NCBI RefSeq assembly: GCF_018350175.1
Contig: NC_058383.1
Location: 15,006,001 to 15,070,000 of the forward strand
Direction of reading: 5' to 3'
Length of the DNA stretch: 64,000 nt
Source: Felis catus
Lineage: Eukaryota
The translations under genes and the position numbers were made by a program. Shown here in pieces: positions 13,452 to 27,272 of the stretch (positions are counted from its first letter, which is position 1; each line of letters begins with the position of its first letter). The notes under the pieces were generated by a model, which worked only from the letters and a program-made list of their open reading frames with translations, did not search any database and had not been told where the DNA came from.

Positions 13452-13660
13452 GGGGCGCCTGAGTGGCTCAGTCGGTTAAGCATCCGACTTCAGCTCAGGT
13501 GATGACCTCACAGTCTGTGAGTTCGAGCCCCGCGTCGGGCTCTGTGCTGACAGCTCGGAGCCTGGAGCCTGCTTCCGATTCTGTGTCTCCCTCTCTCTCT
13601 CTGCCCCTCCCCTGCTCACACACTCTCTCTCTCTCAAAAATAAATAAACATTAAAAAAAA
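13452..13660 (+). mobile_element. Can-SINE
   Basis: Canonical head and tail. TSD-like gcaa(g/c)ctgggtc. Confidence 0.9.
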
Positions 13661-15089
13661 ATTTTTTAAGCAACCTGGGTCAAATCCCCGCTGTCCTCGG
13701 CACCACTGGGAAGCAGCAACCCCCTTACCTCCAGCTACTCAAGGATCACACCTCCCGGTAGGCCACGTGGCTAGAAATGGGAGGGTTGGGGGCACAGGCC
13801 CTGCACGTGGAGATGTGAAATTCGCTGCAGGCACAGGTGTCCGTGAGAAGGACCCTAGGAGCAAAGACCTAGGTGGATTATGGCTTTTCATGTCTTACTT
13901 TTGATTTAGGAAGAAATGCAGAAGATCTGAAACACCCCAGAAATGTACGTCTTCTCCTCACAGCCCAGGAGTTCAGTAACGGGGAGACGAGAAGATCCGA
14001 TCTTCCTCCAGCAAAGATGCGTCACATGAATGCCAGCCAGACACCGGGCATTTGACTAAGCACTTAGAAAACAATTGTGTTCCCTTGTGAAGATCTGCAG
14101 GGGCATGCCAATTGGCAAACAGAGTTGGGATCGAGCTCAAATCAGACAGGAATGAGTAAGCAGAAAACACCAACGTGGGGGTCTGCATAAGAAAAGTCTG
14201 CATCATTACAGGAGGAAGCACTTTTAAGAAGATGTAAAGCAAAGAACATACTGTCGACGGTGATAGGATCCAAGAAAGAGGACAATTTTACGGTTTCTGG
14301 TTATGTCCTTACAAACAAGAAAGAGAGCAGGGTGCCTATGAAATGAGAATGCAAATTCATAAGAAAACATCCGAGTAGGTGAGGCGATATCAGGTCAAAA
14401 AGCAGAAAACAATATACTGAGAGGCAAGCTGGTCTGGAGAAGGGGCAGGCCTTGCAAAGCAAAGAACCCAAAATAGTAGCAGGAGGAAAATCTCCATTAA
14501 TGGCAATAAAGAGTATTTCAAGCAAATAGAAAATCGAGCAAAAAACATCATGCGTGCACGGACCCACCACTCAGATTGAATAGAGGCTGATATTTTACCT
14601 TGCTTGGCATAGATTTTTTTTTGACAGTAACAATAAGATTATGTTGATGCCCTGCCCACCTCTCCCATTCCTCCACCTCCTCCCCTCCACTGTGAAATGC
14701 ATCCTTCCCATCCATGTTTTAAATTCCCCTACATTTGCTAGTAACTGTATAGAATATATTATAGTATTGCTGTATATATCTTTACATTTACATAAATAAT
14801 ATCACACCACACATATGTTTTTACAACGTGCCCATTTCACTCTACATTAAATTTTAGGGATTTGTCCAAATCCATGCATATACACCTAATTTATTTTTAA
14901 CTGCTCCATAGTTTTCCACTGTATAAATATGTTGCAATTTGTTTATTCACTATGTAACTGACGTCAAAGTATGCTCCGGGGAATATCCTCGTGTGTGTCT
15001 CTTTGTATATATTTGCCAACATTTCTTCCGCCCAGAGACCTACATAAAATATCACACAGGCTTTACCAAACTGCTCTCCAAAGTGGTTG

Positions 15090-15560
15090 AGTTAGTTTTC
15101 TATTGCCCTTGAAGTGAGTGACTTAGAACAACAAATATTATCTCACAGGTTCTGTGGTTCAGGAATCAAAAGTTGCCTCGCTGGGTCGTCCTGGCTCAGT
15201 AGATCTCATGAGGTGTCAGAAGTCAAGACATTGACCAGGGCAACCACCCTCAGAAGGCGTGACTGGATCTGGAGGATCCACTTCCAAGATGGCGTACTCA
15301 TACAGCTATTCACAAAAGGTCTCACTTCCTTGCGGGCACCACCGTAGGGCTGCTCAAGTGTTCTTATGAAATGGCAGCTGGCTTCCCCCAGAGATGGGAT
15401 CCAAGAGATAGAAGGGAGCTTTTATGACTTGGTCTTAGAAATCACATGCTGTTGCTTTCACTCTATTCAATTCATTACAAGCAAGTGGCTGCCTAAGTAT
15501 AGCCCACACTGTGGAGTACAGCCCACACTGTGGATTCCTTTGAAAGATGGGTGGTTAGTC
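15090..15560 (-). mobile_element. MLT1 (MaLR) LTR
   Basis: Motifs gacttagaacaacaaatattatctcacaggttctgtggttcaggaatc and ggaggatccacttccaagatggc are typical of reverse-oriented MLT1. Confidence 0.7.
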
Positions 15561-15946
15561 TAAGAGCGTGTTTATTTGCCCCACAGCCTTGCCAACATTT
15601 GGTATCAGCAGACTGTTAGACATTTTTCTTAACTGAATGTCCCTGACTGCTAGTTTAGGCATCTTCTTCTATGACTTTTGGCCATTCTGGGTTCCTCTTC
15701 TGTCAATTAGCTTCTCATATTTATATATTGGGTGGTTTCTCATTTTTGGATTGCCTTGTTCTTCCGTGTTATTGTTGTCCGATGTTTCAGGTCAACCTTC
15801 CTTTCGAGCCCTCCCATTATCCGTCGTTGTTGTTGTTGTTGTTCCGTTTACAACCAGAGCTTTTCTAGACTCTTGCACAAGTTCACCAGTTACTCAACTC
15901 ATTGTTGCTTCTTGCGAGGCACACCTTCCTCTGAGTTCAATTCCCT

Positions 15947-16401
15947 TTTATTTATTTATTTATTTATTTGTTTGTTTATTTATTTATTTATTTATTTTGA
16001 GAGAGAGAGAGAGCACACAAGAGCATGTGCACGAGCAAGGAAGGGACACAGGGAGAGAGAGACAATCTTAAGCAGGCTCCACACCCAGTGTGGAGCCCAA
16101 TATGGGGCTCCATCTCATGACCCTGGGATCATGACTTGAGCTGGACTAAATCTTAACTGTTAAATTATTGTATCTTTCACATTTCTTAAATTATTTTTTT
16201 AATTTTTTTTAAAGTTTATTCATATATTTTGAGGGGGGTGGGGCAGAGAGAGAAAGAGAGAGAGAGAGAGAGAATCCCAAACAGGCTTCATGCCGTCAGT
16301 GCAGAGCCCGATGCAGGTCTGGAACCCACAAATCATGAGATCATGACCTGAGCTGAACCCCAGAGTCAGACGCTTAACCGACTGGGCCACCCAGGTGCCC
16401 C
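15947..16401 (-). mobile_element. Two tandem Can-SINEs
   Basis: Two reverse copies with (TTTA)n tails. Confidence 0.85.
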
Positions 16402-17363
16402 AAATTCTTCTTTTTAGTTTTCATTATTTTTATCTGTGTATCTCAGAAGCAATTTCCTCAAAATTAAATTCCCCAATTTCTTGTTTTCAATTGTAACTTA
16501 ACCCGTGGCTTAACCTGTCCACTGACTTTTGCATCGAAAAGACCATCTTTTCCATCCCTGGCCATTTAACTTGGTTTCTCTTACCAATCCTCCTCTCATG
16601 GTGCACTGGGTCTGAATCTTTGATTACAATTTCTAGTCTTTTACGTTTTAGGTTCCTACTTGCTCACATTTTCTTTCAGAATGTCTGTTGTCTCAATTTC
16701 TTAAGGCACTAATTCTCCTCTTTGTGCTTCCTGGACGTTGCCTGGCGGTGAACTGTGGCGGGCGTGGACTACCGCTTTCCGTGGCAGGAACTCCTGTGGC
16801 ATCCTCAGCGGGCGCAGCTCTTGCCTTGGGAGCCCCATGCGCTGGGAAAGCCGAGTCCGTGGCACAGGTGCCACGGGGCACAGGGCCTCCCGCGCGGAGG
16901 ACCAGTTTGTACCTTCATCCTTGGCTTGGAATGCCTGCACCCACGCACATTCCAATTTGGACTGCACTTCCCTGAACGCCAGGTTTGAGGTCTGATTTAC
17001 CACTGGAGCCTTGAGAGCCTTTGTCTGGGCAGAAATAAACATCTCTGCCACTTTGCCGAGCAGTGGGCAGACTGAGTCTCGTCTCCACTTAAAGGAGGGA
17101 CAGCCAGACCGTGGTCTCAGTTCCCGCCCCTGCCTGTTGTGGCTCCAAGACCACACTTTTTACCCCAGCATGGACCTAAAACTCAAACTTCCAGAGCCTT
17201 TTTGGGTTTTCCTGCTCTGCAGCAACATCTAGTCCTCTGCTCTTCTCTGGGCTCTGAGTTTCCGTCTCTTTCTCTTCCGTTAAGTTGTTTTACCAGGCAA
17301 AGTATAGTCAGGAAAACAGAGCCCTGTCAGGTAGTTCAACAAAAGGATTTAGAAACATGGGCT

Positions 17364-17570
17364 GGGGCGCCTGGGTTCAGTCGTCAAACGTCCGGCTCTT
17401 GATTTCGGCTCAGGTCATGATCTTGTGGTTCGGTTCGTGAGATAGAGCCCTACGTCGGGCTCTGCACTGAGAGCACAGAGCCTGCCTGGGATTCTCTCTC
17501 CGCCCGTCCCCTGCTCACGTGCTCGCTCGCTCTCTTTCTCTCTAAATACATAAATAAACTTAAAAAAATA
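17364..17570 (+). mobile_element. Can-SINE
   Basis: Canonical head and tail. Confidence 0.85.
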
Positions 17571-17604
17571 AACAATAATAAAAGTCAATATTTTAATAGC
17601 TGCA

Positions 17605-17880
17605 ATGACATTTTGTCCAGCTTTCTTGAGATATACCCGACCTATCACACTGTGTAAGCTTAAGGTGTACAATGAGTCAGTTCGATGCACTTAAATACTG
17701 CAAAACAATTATCACCCTAGTGTTAGCTAACACCTCCATTGTGTCACATAATTACCATGTCTTTTTTGTGTTGAGAACAGTTCAGATCTACTCTCTTAGC
17801 AGCTTTCGAGTACCCAATGCAATATGATTCACTGTAATCACCACGTTGGATATTCGATCCCTTGAACTTATCCATTAAAA
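17605..17880 (-). mobile_element. L1 3' end fragment (L1MA/MB-like)
   Basis: tgagatatacccgacctatcacactgtgtaagcttaaggtgtacaatg...agatctactctcttagcagctttc. Confidence 0.7.
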
Positions 17881-18369
17881 TTGAATTTGTTAATAGACGC
17901 TCTCCGATACTTCCTAGATTCAAGTTATTAAGTTAAAATTACAGGTTTATCTTCAAAAACCAAAAATGGAAATAACTCGAGGTATACAGCAAAGTAACAT
18001 TCAAATAAAATGTTAGGTATTTGCTTTCATTATCCTAAAGAGAAAAAACAAACACGACGTAAGTCTTAAATGCTGACTTCTTAGAAAACTAACAACAAAA
18101 TAAATTAAGGAAACAGGAATAATGAAAGAGATGAATTAGAAAACAGATAAAAGAGCTGGCTATTGAAACAGAAGCAATAAACTAGACGAAACTCTGACAA
18201 GTCTATTAAAACAAATAGAGAAAGCACACATAGAAAACATTCTGAAATATGAGAAGTCTATGTGCAACTAACTCTAGACTAATAAATTTAAAACCCTGCT
18301 TAATTAAGTGAATGATTTTTTTCTCTCCAAACACAGAAATTAGACTTTTTGGGGAAAGTAATGTGACTT

Positions 18370-19712
18370 GATATCATTCATGCTCATTGAAGTACTTGCC
18401 ATAACACTTTGTTAGATGCAGTGATTTAAAGATCTGCTTTTAGGTTGGGTGTATTTCCATACTAGATTTTAACATCTGCCGTAACCAAAAATACACCTCA
18501 GAAAGAGACACAGATCCAAACTGAAGAAAAATGTCACTGGCAGTATTTACTAAATCACAATATTCACTCTGTACTCCCACCCTACAGGCATACCAAGATT
18601 TCTGCTGATATTTGGCTGGTAAAGTTTCTTCTTCCCTAATGTCAATGGATGATTTTGCAAACTGAAAGCAATCGCATTTTTGTATTTTTAACAAATGGGT
18701 CTAAAAAACACTTGATCTCTTCATTTGGAAGATTTCTTAAGCGGTTGACAAAGTTCTGTTTCCAGATTTTTTAGCTTCGCAGATTTGAGTTTATAGATAG
18801 CATGCTCACATCTTTTCTTTTTTTCTTTTTTTTTTTTGCAACAGAATCACATCATGGTTGAAACATTTCCAAAAACATGATTTTCAAAATGCTCTTTCCA
18901 TAGCATGAGTTTCCTCTAAAAGAAGTCATTTCCTCAAACCTTTGTTGAAGTGTCATCTTTAAGTGTGTGTGGCCAACAGCATCCGCCATCTCAGAAAAGA
19001 TCAGCAAATGTGGATCACTCCCCTGTTGGTGGCAGAAAGTGTGTGACCCTCTGTGTTTGACAACTCTTTTAAGAACTTTGCCCTGAACTAAGCCCCACAC
19101 TTGACTGTGACGCAAAAGCCATCTGTAGTCATTTTCCATCCCATTTCAAAGATACAGGCCAGGTTTCATTATTCATGAGAGTGAACACAGATCAACATTT
19201 TAAATAGTCTTTTCGCATTTTCCAATGGTTTCAGCCAACTTCTGTCTGATCTGATTGGCTCGTCAGTGTTTTCATTCATAAAGCGCTGCTGAAGGGGTCT
19301 TTGGGGGAGCACAGGAAATGCCATCTCAGCCGGTGTCTTGAGGTCCACTTGGGCCCGTGTGATATGCATGATCCCAAAGCTGGAGCTTCTTGGCACATAT
19401 CCTGCCCCTTTTTGGAGTGCTCGTCTAATTAAAATTAACTAGTATAATCTGTGAATCCCCCACACCAGGCACGTGTGTCACAAGTCACTGGAAACAAGGG
19501 CATGAGGAAGTCACTGGAAATAAGGTCAGTGCCCCCATGAACCCACCTGTCCTGAACACATCACCCCCATCACATCAGACCAGCAGGCAGATGAGCAATT
19601 GAGGGTCGGTGTCTCTCCACAGTGGACATTAGTGAAACGTAATTTCTTTCTCCTTCTCTTCTCCTCCTACATCCAAAGGGACACCAAGCGCATCCCATTT
19701 TGAAAATCACTG
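18370..19712 (-). mobile_element. Decayed hAT-Charlie DNA transposon with C-terminal transposase remnant
   Basis: Broken ORFs read LLRHSQVWGLVQGKVLKRV (cf. LLHTEVRWLSRGKVL), SEYCDLVNTASDIFLQFGSVSLSEVYF (cf. EYPELA..AL..LLPF.TTYLCE..FS) and KYGNTPNLKADL (cf. KYRNRLNLE.DLR). A TIR-like CAGTGATTTTCAAA lies on the minus strand at 19712-19699. Confidence 0.8.
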
Positions 19713-20419
19713 CAGAGGCACTGCCATTAAAATGAGGGAGAAGGCAACTTGCCCGTCCCCTCTTCTATTCAGTAACACGATCCTAGAAATTCTACTTACT
19801 GCCGTAAGACATGAACGAAATGAGGAGACTGTTTAAAAGGAGAAGACCAAGAAATCAAACGATCGAAACCTGGAGTGAATTATATGTAAATATCTAACCC
19901 CTCTTTCATAGTCAAAGGACATTCAGAGTTAAAAGGGAACCACAGAAATCACAAAGGAAGAGGCTGAGAGCCTTGCCGGTATAAAAATATAAACTTTGGA
20001 GCATTATAAACAGTATCACTAAAAGTAAGAGGCACACAGGGAACACAAAAAGAACATGAACACACAATTCACAAAACTGGAAAGACAAACAACTAATAAG
20101 ATATATGGAAGTAATAGTTGATCTCATAAGCCACCAAAGAAACAAAATTTTTTTATGCTGTTTTTTCAGCATGGGACGGTTTTGTTTACATATTTGTTTT
20201 TGTTTTTAGCATATTGGGGAGAACATAATGGGCTGGGGACTTTGTGGCCACTGAAACAACAGCTTAGAGAAAACAATTTGGCAATTATGTATGAAGAGTC
20301 CAAACACTGGTTCTCAGCCTTTGACCCAGTAACTCTATTGTCTGAAGTCTATGCTGAAATGTGTTCAAAAAATTGTGCGCCAGAAAAATCGTATTGCGTT
20401 GTATTTAAAATGGAAACAA

Positions 20420-20870
20420 GGGGCGCCTGGGTGGCGCAGTCGGTTAAGTGTCCGACTTCAGCCAGGTCACGATCTCGCAGTCCGTGAGTTCGAGCCCCGC
20501 GTCGGGCTCTGGGCTGATGGCTCAGAGCCTGGAGCCTGTTTCTAATTCTGGGTCTCCCTCTCTCTCTGCCCCTCCCCCGTTCATGCTTTGTCTCTCTCTG
20601 TCCCAAAAATAAATAAACGTTGAAAAAAAAATTTTTTATAAAAAAAAAATAAAATAAAAATAAAATAAAATGGAAACAAATGGGTGCCTGGGTGGCTCAC
20701 TTAAGTGTCTGACTCTTGATTTCGGTTCAGGTCGTGATCTCACAGTCTATGGGATCGAGCCTCGCATCCAGCCCCGTGTGAAACCTGCTTGGGATTCACT
20801 CTCCCTCTCTCTCCTCTCTCTGCCCCTCCCCTGATCGTGCTGCCTCTCTCAAAATAAATAAATAAATAAA
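20420..20870 (+). mobile_element. Young SINEC_Fc-like copy (20420-20670) plus an older Can-SINE (20682-20870)
   Basis: TSD aaaatggaaacaa around the first copy. Confidence 0.9.
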
Positions 20871-21610
20871 CTTTTTTTTTTTAATTTTGAATGGAAGGAC
20901 AAAGAAAGTAAAGGAAGAAAAATAAGAAAAAAATTTTAAAATATAGAAATCAATAAGCAATGCACATTAATCCGAGTAGGGTGCGTATCAGTGATGTTTG
21001 CTAAAATTTTAATGACATCGGAAATCTTTATAACATACTGCTAACTCTAAAAACATTTCAAACATAAAAACAGAACAGACTTCTCTCTCCACAAATCCCA
21101 CTAAAAGCATGGTATCGAAGAACAAACTGGAATACCTTCATAAAAGCACAGAATCCGGAAGAAGGGGACCACCATCACTGGTTCAAAACAACGGGCAGAA
21201 TGATTTTGCTCATCTTGATGGACAAGGTTGAGCAGAGCAAGTCCGGGCTGAACACATGATAAGGGGAAGGCTGAGGTAGAGAGATGCACTGTGGGACAGC
21301 ACGAGCGCCCCAAGTTGGCAGGTACTAAGAGCTAGAGCAGGTACCAAGTCCACAGGGTGGAATTGGGGGTGACTGACGAAAGCCCTTTACTTGGAACAGC
21401 TGAGCGGGTCTCCCACCCCAAGGAAAAGGTCCTCTTACTGGAGTGAACTTCCTGAGGGTTGGGTGGGTGCCCCAGGATGAGGCCCTCTTCCTCTGGCATT
21501 TGCTTGGGGGCGGCCTGTTCCCCCTTTCCCGGCCAGAAATGGAATCCATGCCCCACCCCTCGAAAGGTCTGCAGTCATTCCTCACGTTCAGGGGCAGATG
21601 CTGGTGTTGA

Positions 21611-22210
21611 TGACACAGGAACCCTGAAGGGACTTGATTTTAGAAAGGCTCCAGCTCTCCCATTTCTCCACGAGGCCCCGTGTACTCACGTTCTGTATGT
21701 CACCTTGCCCTTGAGTAAACCAAAGAAGCTATGTTCCCGCCCCAAGGGGGAAGCCAACAAGTTACTCATTCTCTGAGTTTCATCCTCGGCCCCCCACACA
21801 CCTGATAATATCCAAGAAGAACCAGATCCCCAGCAACAAGACATTAGCCTCGAACAAACCTCAGTCGCCGCTGGCGTCAATGCCCCTGCCTTTGGGGGTT
21901 TATGGAATAACACCTGTTACTCAGCTGATACTCGCCTTTGATCGAACCCTACCCAGGATTCCTGAAGGAACACATATCCTCGACCCCTTTCCAATATAAA
22001 ACCCCAACTCCAAGAGACGGGGAGACTCACTTCTCTTTTTCTGAGCCTCCCAAACGCTCCCTCTGCTAATACCCGTGTCATGTGCTCCATTCAGTAGACT
22101 CTGCTCTCATGTCCTCCTTGTCTGATTTCTATCCTGGGTGAAGCCAAACGCGCTCTGGGCTGGTCCCGAGGGGCCCCCTCGGGGTCCTGGACCCTTGCTG
22201 GCCTGCGTCA
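21611..22210 (+). mobile_element. Solo ERV LTR (ERV1-like, probably carnivore-specific), 600 bp
   Basis: Inverted termini TGACACAGG...CCTGCGTCA, 4-bp TSD ttga/tgga, TATA-like AATATAAAA at ~21993 and a degenerate poly(A) signal at ~22093. Confidence 0.7.
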
Positions 22211-22245
22211 TGGACAGGAAGCCTGACTTGTACTGGCACTTGCTT

Positions 22246-22467
22246 TCTTTTTTTTTTTAATGTTTATTTATTTTTGAGAGGAAGAGACAGAGTGTGAGCA
22301 GTGGGGACGGGTAGAGAGAGAGAGAGAGGGAAACACAGAATACGAAGCAGGTTCCAGGCTCCAAGCTGTCAGCACAGAGCCTGACGCGGGGCTCGAACCC
22401 CCGCACCATGAGATCATGACCTGAGCCAAAGTCAGACGCTTAACTGACTGAGCCGCCCAGGCGCCCC
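22246..22467 (-). mobile_element. Can-SINE
   Basis: TSD gtactggcactt. Confidence 0.9.
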
Positions 22468-23914
22468 ACGTACTGGCACTTTCATTCAGAAAGTTCGGAA
22501 ATGCCAATGCCAAACCAGGACTGCTGGACCCTTGAAGACACTCAGCATCCCCAAGAGGACAGCAAAGGTGACCCCAGAAATAAGAACGAGGATTCTGGAA
22601 AGAGAAGGCACCTTGGAAGAATTTTAACATAACACTTCAGGGAGACCTGACAGGCTGCTTAGAAAAGTGAGCGGTGAAATCAAGAGCTCGCGAAAGTTAA
22701 AATTCGGATTGGAAAAAAAAAAAATCAGTACAACTAGAGGGGAAATTTATGCACACCACACAATACAGAAAAATAAAAATTTTTCATTAATACCCGGGAT
22801 TAATGCAGAAGGGCCACATCCGCATCATAAGCATTTCAGGATGACAGAACAGAGAACTTGAAGGAAAGGAAATAATAGAAGAAAAATATCTGATGATATG
22901 AAGCTCTGGAGAAAAGGCCCATCAAGTAGCTCAAGACTCATAAACAGCCCCAAACCTCACAAGGTTACAGAACACGGGGATAGAGAAAGGACTCTAAAGC
23001 TTCTAGAGCAAAGGACAGACAGCTTCCTGATGAATGATGATCACACCGGCAGTAGACACGTATCAGCGTCCTCGGATACTAGATAACGGAGCAGACTGCT
23101 TAAGTCTCATAGGAAAAATTACTTTATACCCAGTCCAAATCCAATCAAGGCAGGCACTTAGAAAGTGTCCAATTCATACACACTTCCTAACAGAGTCACT
23201 CAATCAACTGTGTGGGCAAAACATACAAGGAATCCAAGAAATTGGAGAATGGGATCCAGCCCGTGGATGGAATCTAACCAGAAGGTGCGCTCCCAGAAGG
23301 CCACCGCGGGAGCAAATCAGACCAGGGCGGGGACAAGAGGAACCCGCAGGAGCCAACGATGTGCTGCAGCTGGGTCATCTCCGCAGTCACACGGCGATAT
23401 CGAACGTCACACGCAAGTAGAGAGGGCTGTCCTCTCCCTTCCTCCAAGGTGAGGGCTTTTTCATCTTTCTTCTACAAGTGGCACAAGACTGAGGACACAA
23501 TAGTTGTTTCTGCACAGAATATTTATAATAATAATATTCATCATAATATTATAAACACTATGTTCTTTTCGAATCTGAAAGCGATAGACAAATCATGGAA
23601 ATTTCAATTCCAGATAGAGCACGAGTGTACGTGTTTGACCCCATGATGGTCTAGTGATACAACTGGTCGAAAACAAGGAGAAAGGAACGTTGGGTGTGAA
23701 GTCCCTCATCTCTCCCAGTGGGAGGTCCAAAGGTACTGATTAAAGTTAATAAGGAAAGAGTTAAGTGTATGAGCTAACACAAGGAAGCTCCTCAATTCAA
23801 AGATTTAAAAATAAAAACGTGGCCAGCAGAGGCAGGAAGGTAAGGACGGGGAGGGCTGTGGGGCAGCGGGCTCCCCTTGTCCTTCATTACAGAGGATGGG
23901 GAGGTTCTACTTAA

Positions 23915-24104
23915 TATTTATCTAATGTTTATTTTTTTGAGAGAAAGAGACAGAGTGTGAGCAGGGGAGGGGCAGAGAGAGAAGGAGACACAGAACCGGA
24001 AGCTGTCAGCACAGAGCGCGATGCGGGGTTGGAACTCCCGAACTGCAAGATCACGACCTGAGCCAAAGTCGGATGTTTAACCAACTGGAACACTCAGGCA
24101 CCCC
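23915..24104 (-). mobile_element. Can-SINE
   Basis: TSD atggggaggttctacttaa. Confidence 0.9.
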
Positions 24105-25326
24105 ATGGGGAGGTTCTACTTAAAACAGGGAACCAAAAACGCAGGAGCACTTCATCTGGAGTGATTTCACCCACGGAGGGTGCCAACAATGACAAATGGC
24201 TAAAAGCAGTTGCCTCTGTCGTGAAGGCTTTGACTGACGGGGACTCTTACTTTTTATTTGTACCCACTTATATTGTTTTTTATTATCTGATCCCTGTATT
24301 ACTTTTATGAGGTCAGCCATAAAATTATATGGGAAGCATAACCACAACTATATAAATATAATTACCTGGTCACATCTATATTCACACGCATAGTCACATG
24401 CATTCATAGGGATGCCCACATACGTGTGCTCCCAGGTATATTCGCGGAAGAAAGTTATTGGAAGGAGATAGAACAAAATGTAAATACTAGTTATTGCTGA
24501 GCGATGGATGTAACTGTATTCTTATTTGTCTGAACTTTCCACGCTCAGTACCATGGATCTATTTCATGTTTATAGCTGGGAAGAAACCAACGGGGTTTTA
24601 GAAACTGAAGAGCCTGCCTGGAATTTCCTGCACGTGAGAGCAGGACCCCAGGGAGCCTGAAGGCAGAGAGAAGGCTGCTTCCAGGCCAGGGCTTGAGAGA
24701 CCCACAGCCATCACACGTGAGTACACACTGCGTCTGCAACCACAGGCCCCGGAAGACGGAGCCTGGGTGGGCGAGCATTAAGGGTTACTTACACCCAGCA
24801 GTGTGGACCAGATGTGCATCTCTTCTACCAAATCTGATTTAGAGTGGAACCGCCTCCCCGAGATTTTCCAAGGATCGAGGGCCTGCAGGTAATCAGACGA
24901 GCACACCTGCTGGAAGGAATTTTATTTAGATCAGCGTCACAGGAATGCCGAAGCTCGCCTGCCAAAAGAGAGGCTCTTGGCAGATGATTTTGAGTTGTTC
25001 TTTCTGAAAGCAATTAGACAAAAAGTTCAGCTGCTTTTTAAGGCTCCTCCTTCAGGCTATCATAACCTTTTTTAATTAATAAGTTGAATGTGAAAGGATT
25101 TAATTTTAACAAATTTTTATGGATCCTCATACAAGGTTTTCCTGCTAACTCTTCTGGAAATTTCTGGCTGCTCAAGCATCCAGACAAAGGTGGGGAGTCT
25201 TGCTGGCTGAGTCAGGAACCCTCTCGCAAAGACAGTGGGAAGCGAGAGACTGTGGGGTCTGGGGGAAAGAGCCGCACACCGTGCCCAACCTTGACCGTGC
25301 AGAGTTCTCCAGAATTCTTCACCAGC

Positions 25327-26030
25327 TGTCTTGGTCTGCCCAGGCTGCCATAACAAACTATCATTGACTGGGTGGCTTCCACAACAGAAATTTATTTTCT
25401 TACAGTTATAGAGAGTAGAAGTCCAAATTTGAGAAACTTAACAGAAGACCATGAGGGAAGAGAAGGGGAAAAAATACTTTCAAACAAAGAGAGAGGGAGG
25501 CAAACCATAAGAGACTCTTAAATACAGACAACAAACTGAGGGTTGATGGGCAGGAGCGTGTGGGGTGGGGGTGGGGGGAGGGGAAAATGGGTGATGGGCA
25601 TTGAGGAGGGTACTTGCTGGGATGAGCACCGGGTGTTGTATGTAAGTGATAAATCTACCCCAAAACCAAGAGCACACCGTATACACTGTATGTTAGCCAA
25701 CTTGACAATAAATTATATTTAAAAAAGAAGAAAGAAGCTAGAAGTCCAAGATAAGAGTGTCGGCATGGTTAGCCTCTGGTGGGCGCTCTCTTCCTGGTTG
25801 GTACAGGGCTGCTTGCTTACTGTGTCCTCACACGATGGGAAGAGAGAGAGAGCAAGGAAACTCTCTTGTGTCTTTTCGCATAAGGGCACTAATCCCATGA
25901 TGAAGCCTCCACGCCATGATCTCAACTGAACCTGATTATCTTCCAAAGGCCCCACCTCCAGAGAGCAACACAGTGGGGGTTAGGGCTTCAACGCTTGAAT
26001 TCTCGAAGGGACCTGATCCAGTCCATAGCA
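25327..26030 (-). mobile_element. MLT1A/MST-like MaLR LTR interrupted by an L1 3' end
   Basis: tgtcttggtctgcccaggctgccataacaaac...acaacagaaatttattttcttacagtt, resuming after the insert and ending ...gtccatagca. Confidence 0.8.
25427..25738 (+). mobile_element. 5'-truncated carnivore/felid L1 3' UTR
   Basis: gggtgatgggcattgaggagggtacttgctgggatgagcac...aataaattatattt plus A tail. TSD TAGAAGTCCAA at 25416-25426 and 25739-25749. Confidence 0.85.
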
Positions 26031-27142
26031 CGAGCCAGATTCAGAGCAAATATGGCTGAAGGTGGACAAACTCAAGCCAGGCGTCTAAAAGTCTGTTCCT
26101 TTGTGTTACTTGTTTAAACTTGAATTAGCACTATATTGCCTGGAAGAGGCTGTAAGAGATTCCTGGAAAAAGGTACTGCACCCCTGGAGATTTAGCCTCA
26201 TTTGGGCCAATTTACATAAAATGAAAAGCATGTAAATTAGATTCATTCAATCCATCATTCAGATGGAAAGCAGTTTGAAATTCACCTATTGTTTAGGAGG
26301 TGACAGCATAGGAATATTTGGAAATAAGACATAGTGCTGGGGACAAGGACTTCATTATATTTTGAGATTTCTTCTCATTTTTCCATAAATCTGAGGGCAC
26401 CCAGGGGAAGGCTGAAACCAATCTAGCCACAGGGAAGGTCAGTTCGGCCGGTTGGTTGTTTGGTGGGAGGGGCTTAAAGCATCTCTACGCTAGAATCCAG
26501 GATGGTGTTATAGCAGAAGTCACAGAACGTGTCCTCCAGAAGTCACAAACTATCAGGATAGGAGTCCCAGAGGTCAGGTAATATCTGGGCCGTGCACCTG
26601 AGAATTATGCACAACTCAGGCAGAGAAGAGTGACTCCCAGGAGCAAGCGGCCTTGTTTCGTCCAGGTGGCGTGGCAGAGGGTGACACAGGGCACAGACTT
26701 CTTACCTGCAGGCCAGACACGGGTGCCCTGCAGAATGCCACGCCCCAGACAGTCCACAGCCTTGGGAATGTCACAAACAGGACACAAGGTCATCCCAACA
26801 GCCAGGCGGAAGACTGAATGCAACGCGGCAGTCACCTCGGGGACACCGGCTGGCAAGGAGAAGGTCCCAGTTGACAGGAGAAACAAAAGGCAGAGACCAA
26901 AAATAAGCACACAGGCTGTCCTCCTGGTCAGCATCTAACCTTCACAAAGACACCGTGATGGAGAGGAGTCTGCTAAAAGAAGGAGAAGCTTTTCTACGCG
27001 CAAGGGACACAAACAAATTTCAGAAAAATCAACAACAAAAGTCTACAAAGTACAACCAGACTGTGAGCTCCTTGGACACAAACTTCGCCCAGGATCAAAG
27101 CCTCTGTCAGGCACATAAGAAGCACTCAAAAATGTTTGCGGA

Positions 27143-27272
27143 GGGGCCCCTGGGTGGCTCAGTCAGTTAAGCGTCCAACTCTTGACCTTAGCTCAGGTCT
27201 TGATCTCATCAGGGTCATGAGTTCAAGCCCCACGTTGGGCCCTGCGCTAGGCATGACGCCTACTTAAAAAAA
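27143..27272 (+). mobile_element. Short Can-SINE lacking the CT body
   Basis: The head is followed directly by cctacttaaaaaaa. TSD aaaaatgtttg. Confidence 0.8.

Noticed and set aside
18440..19396. Functional domesticated transposase gene
   Set aside because: Multiple stops and frameshifts, and the N-terminal part is missing.
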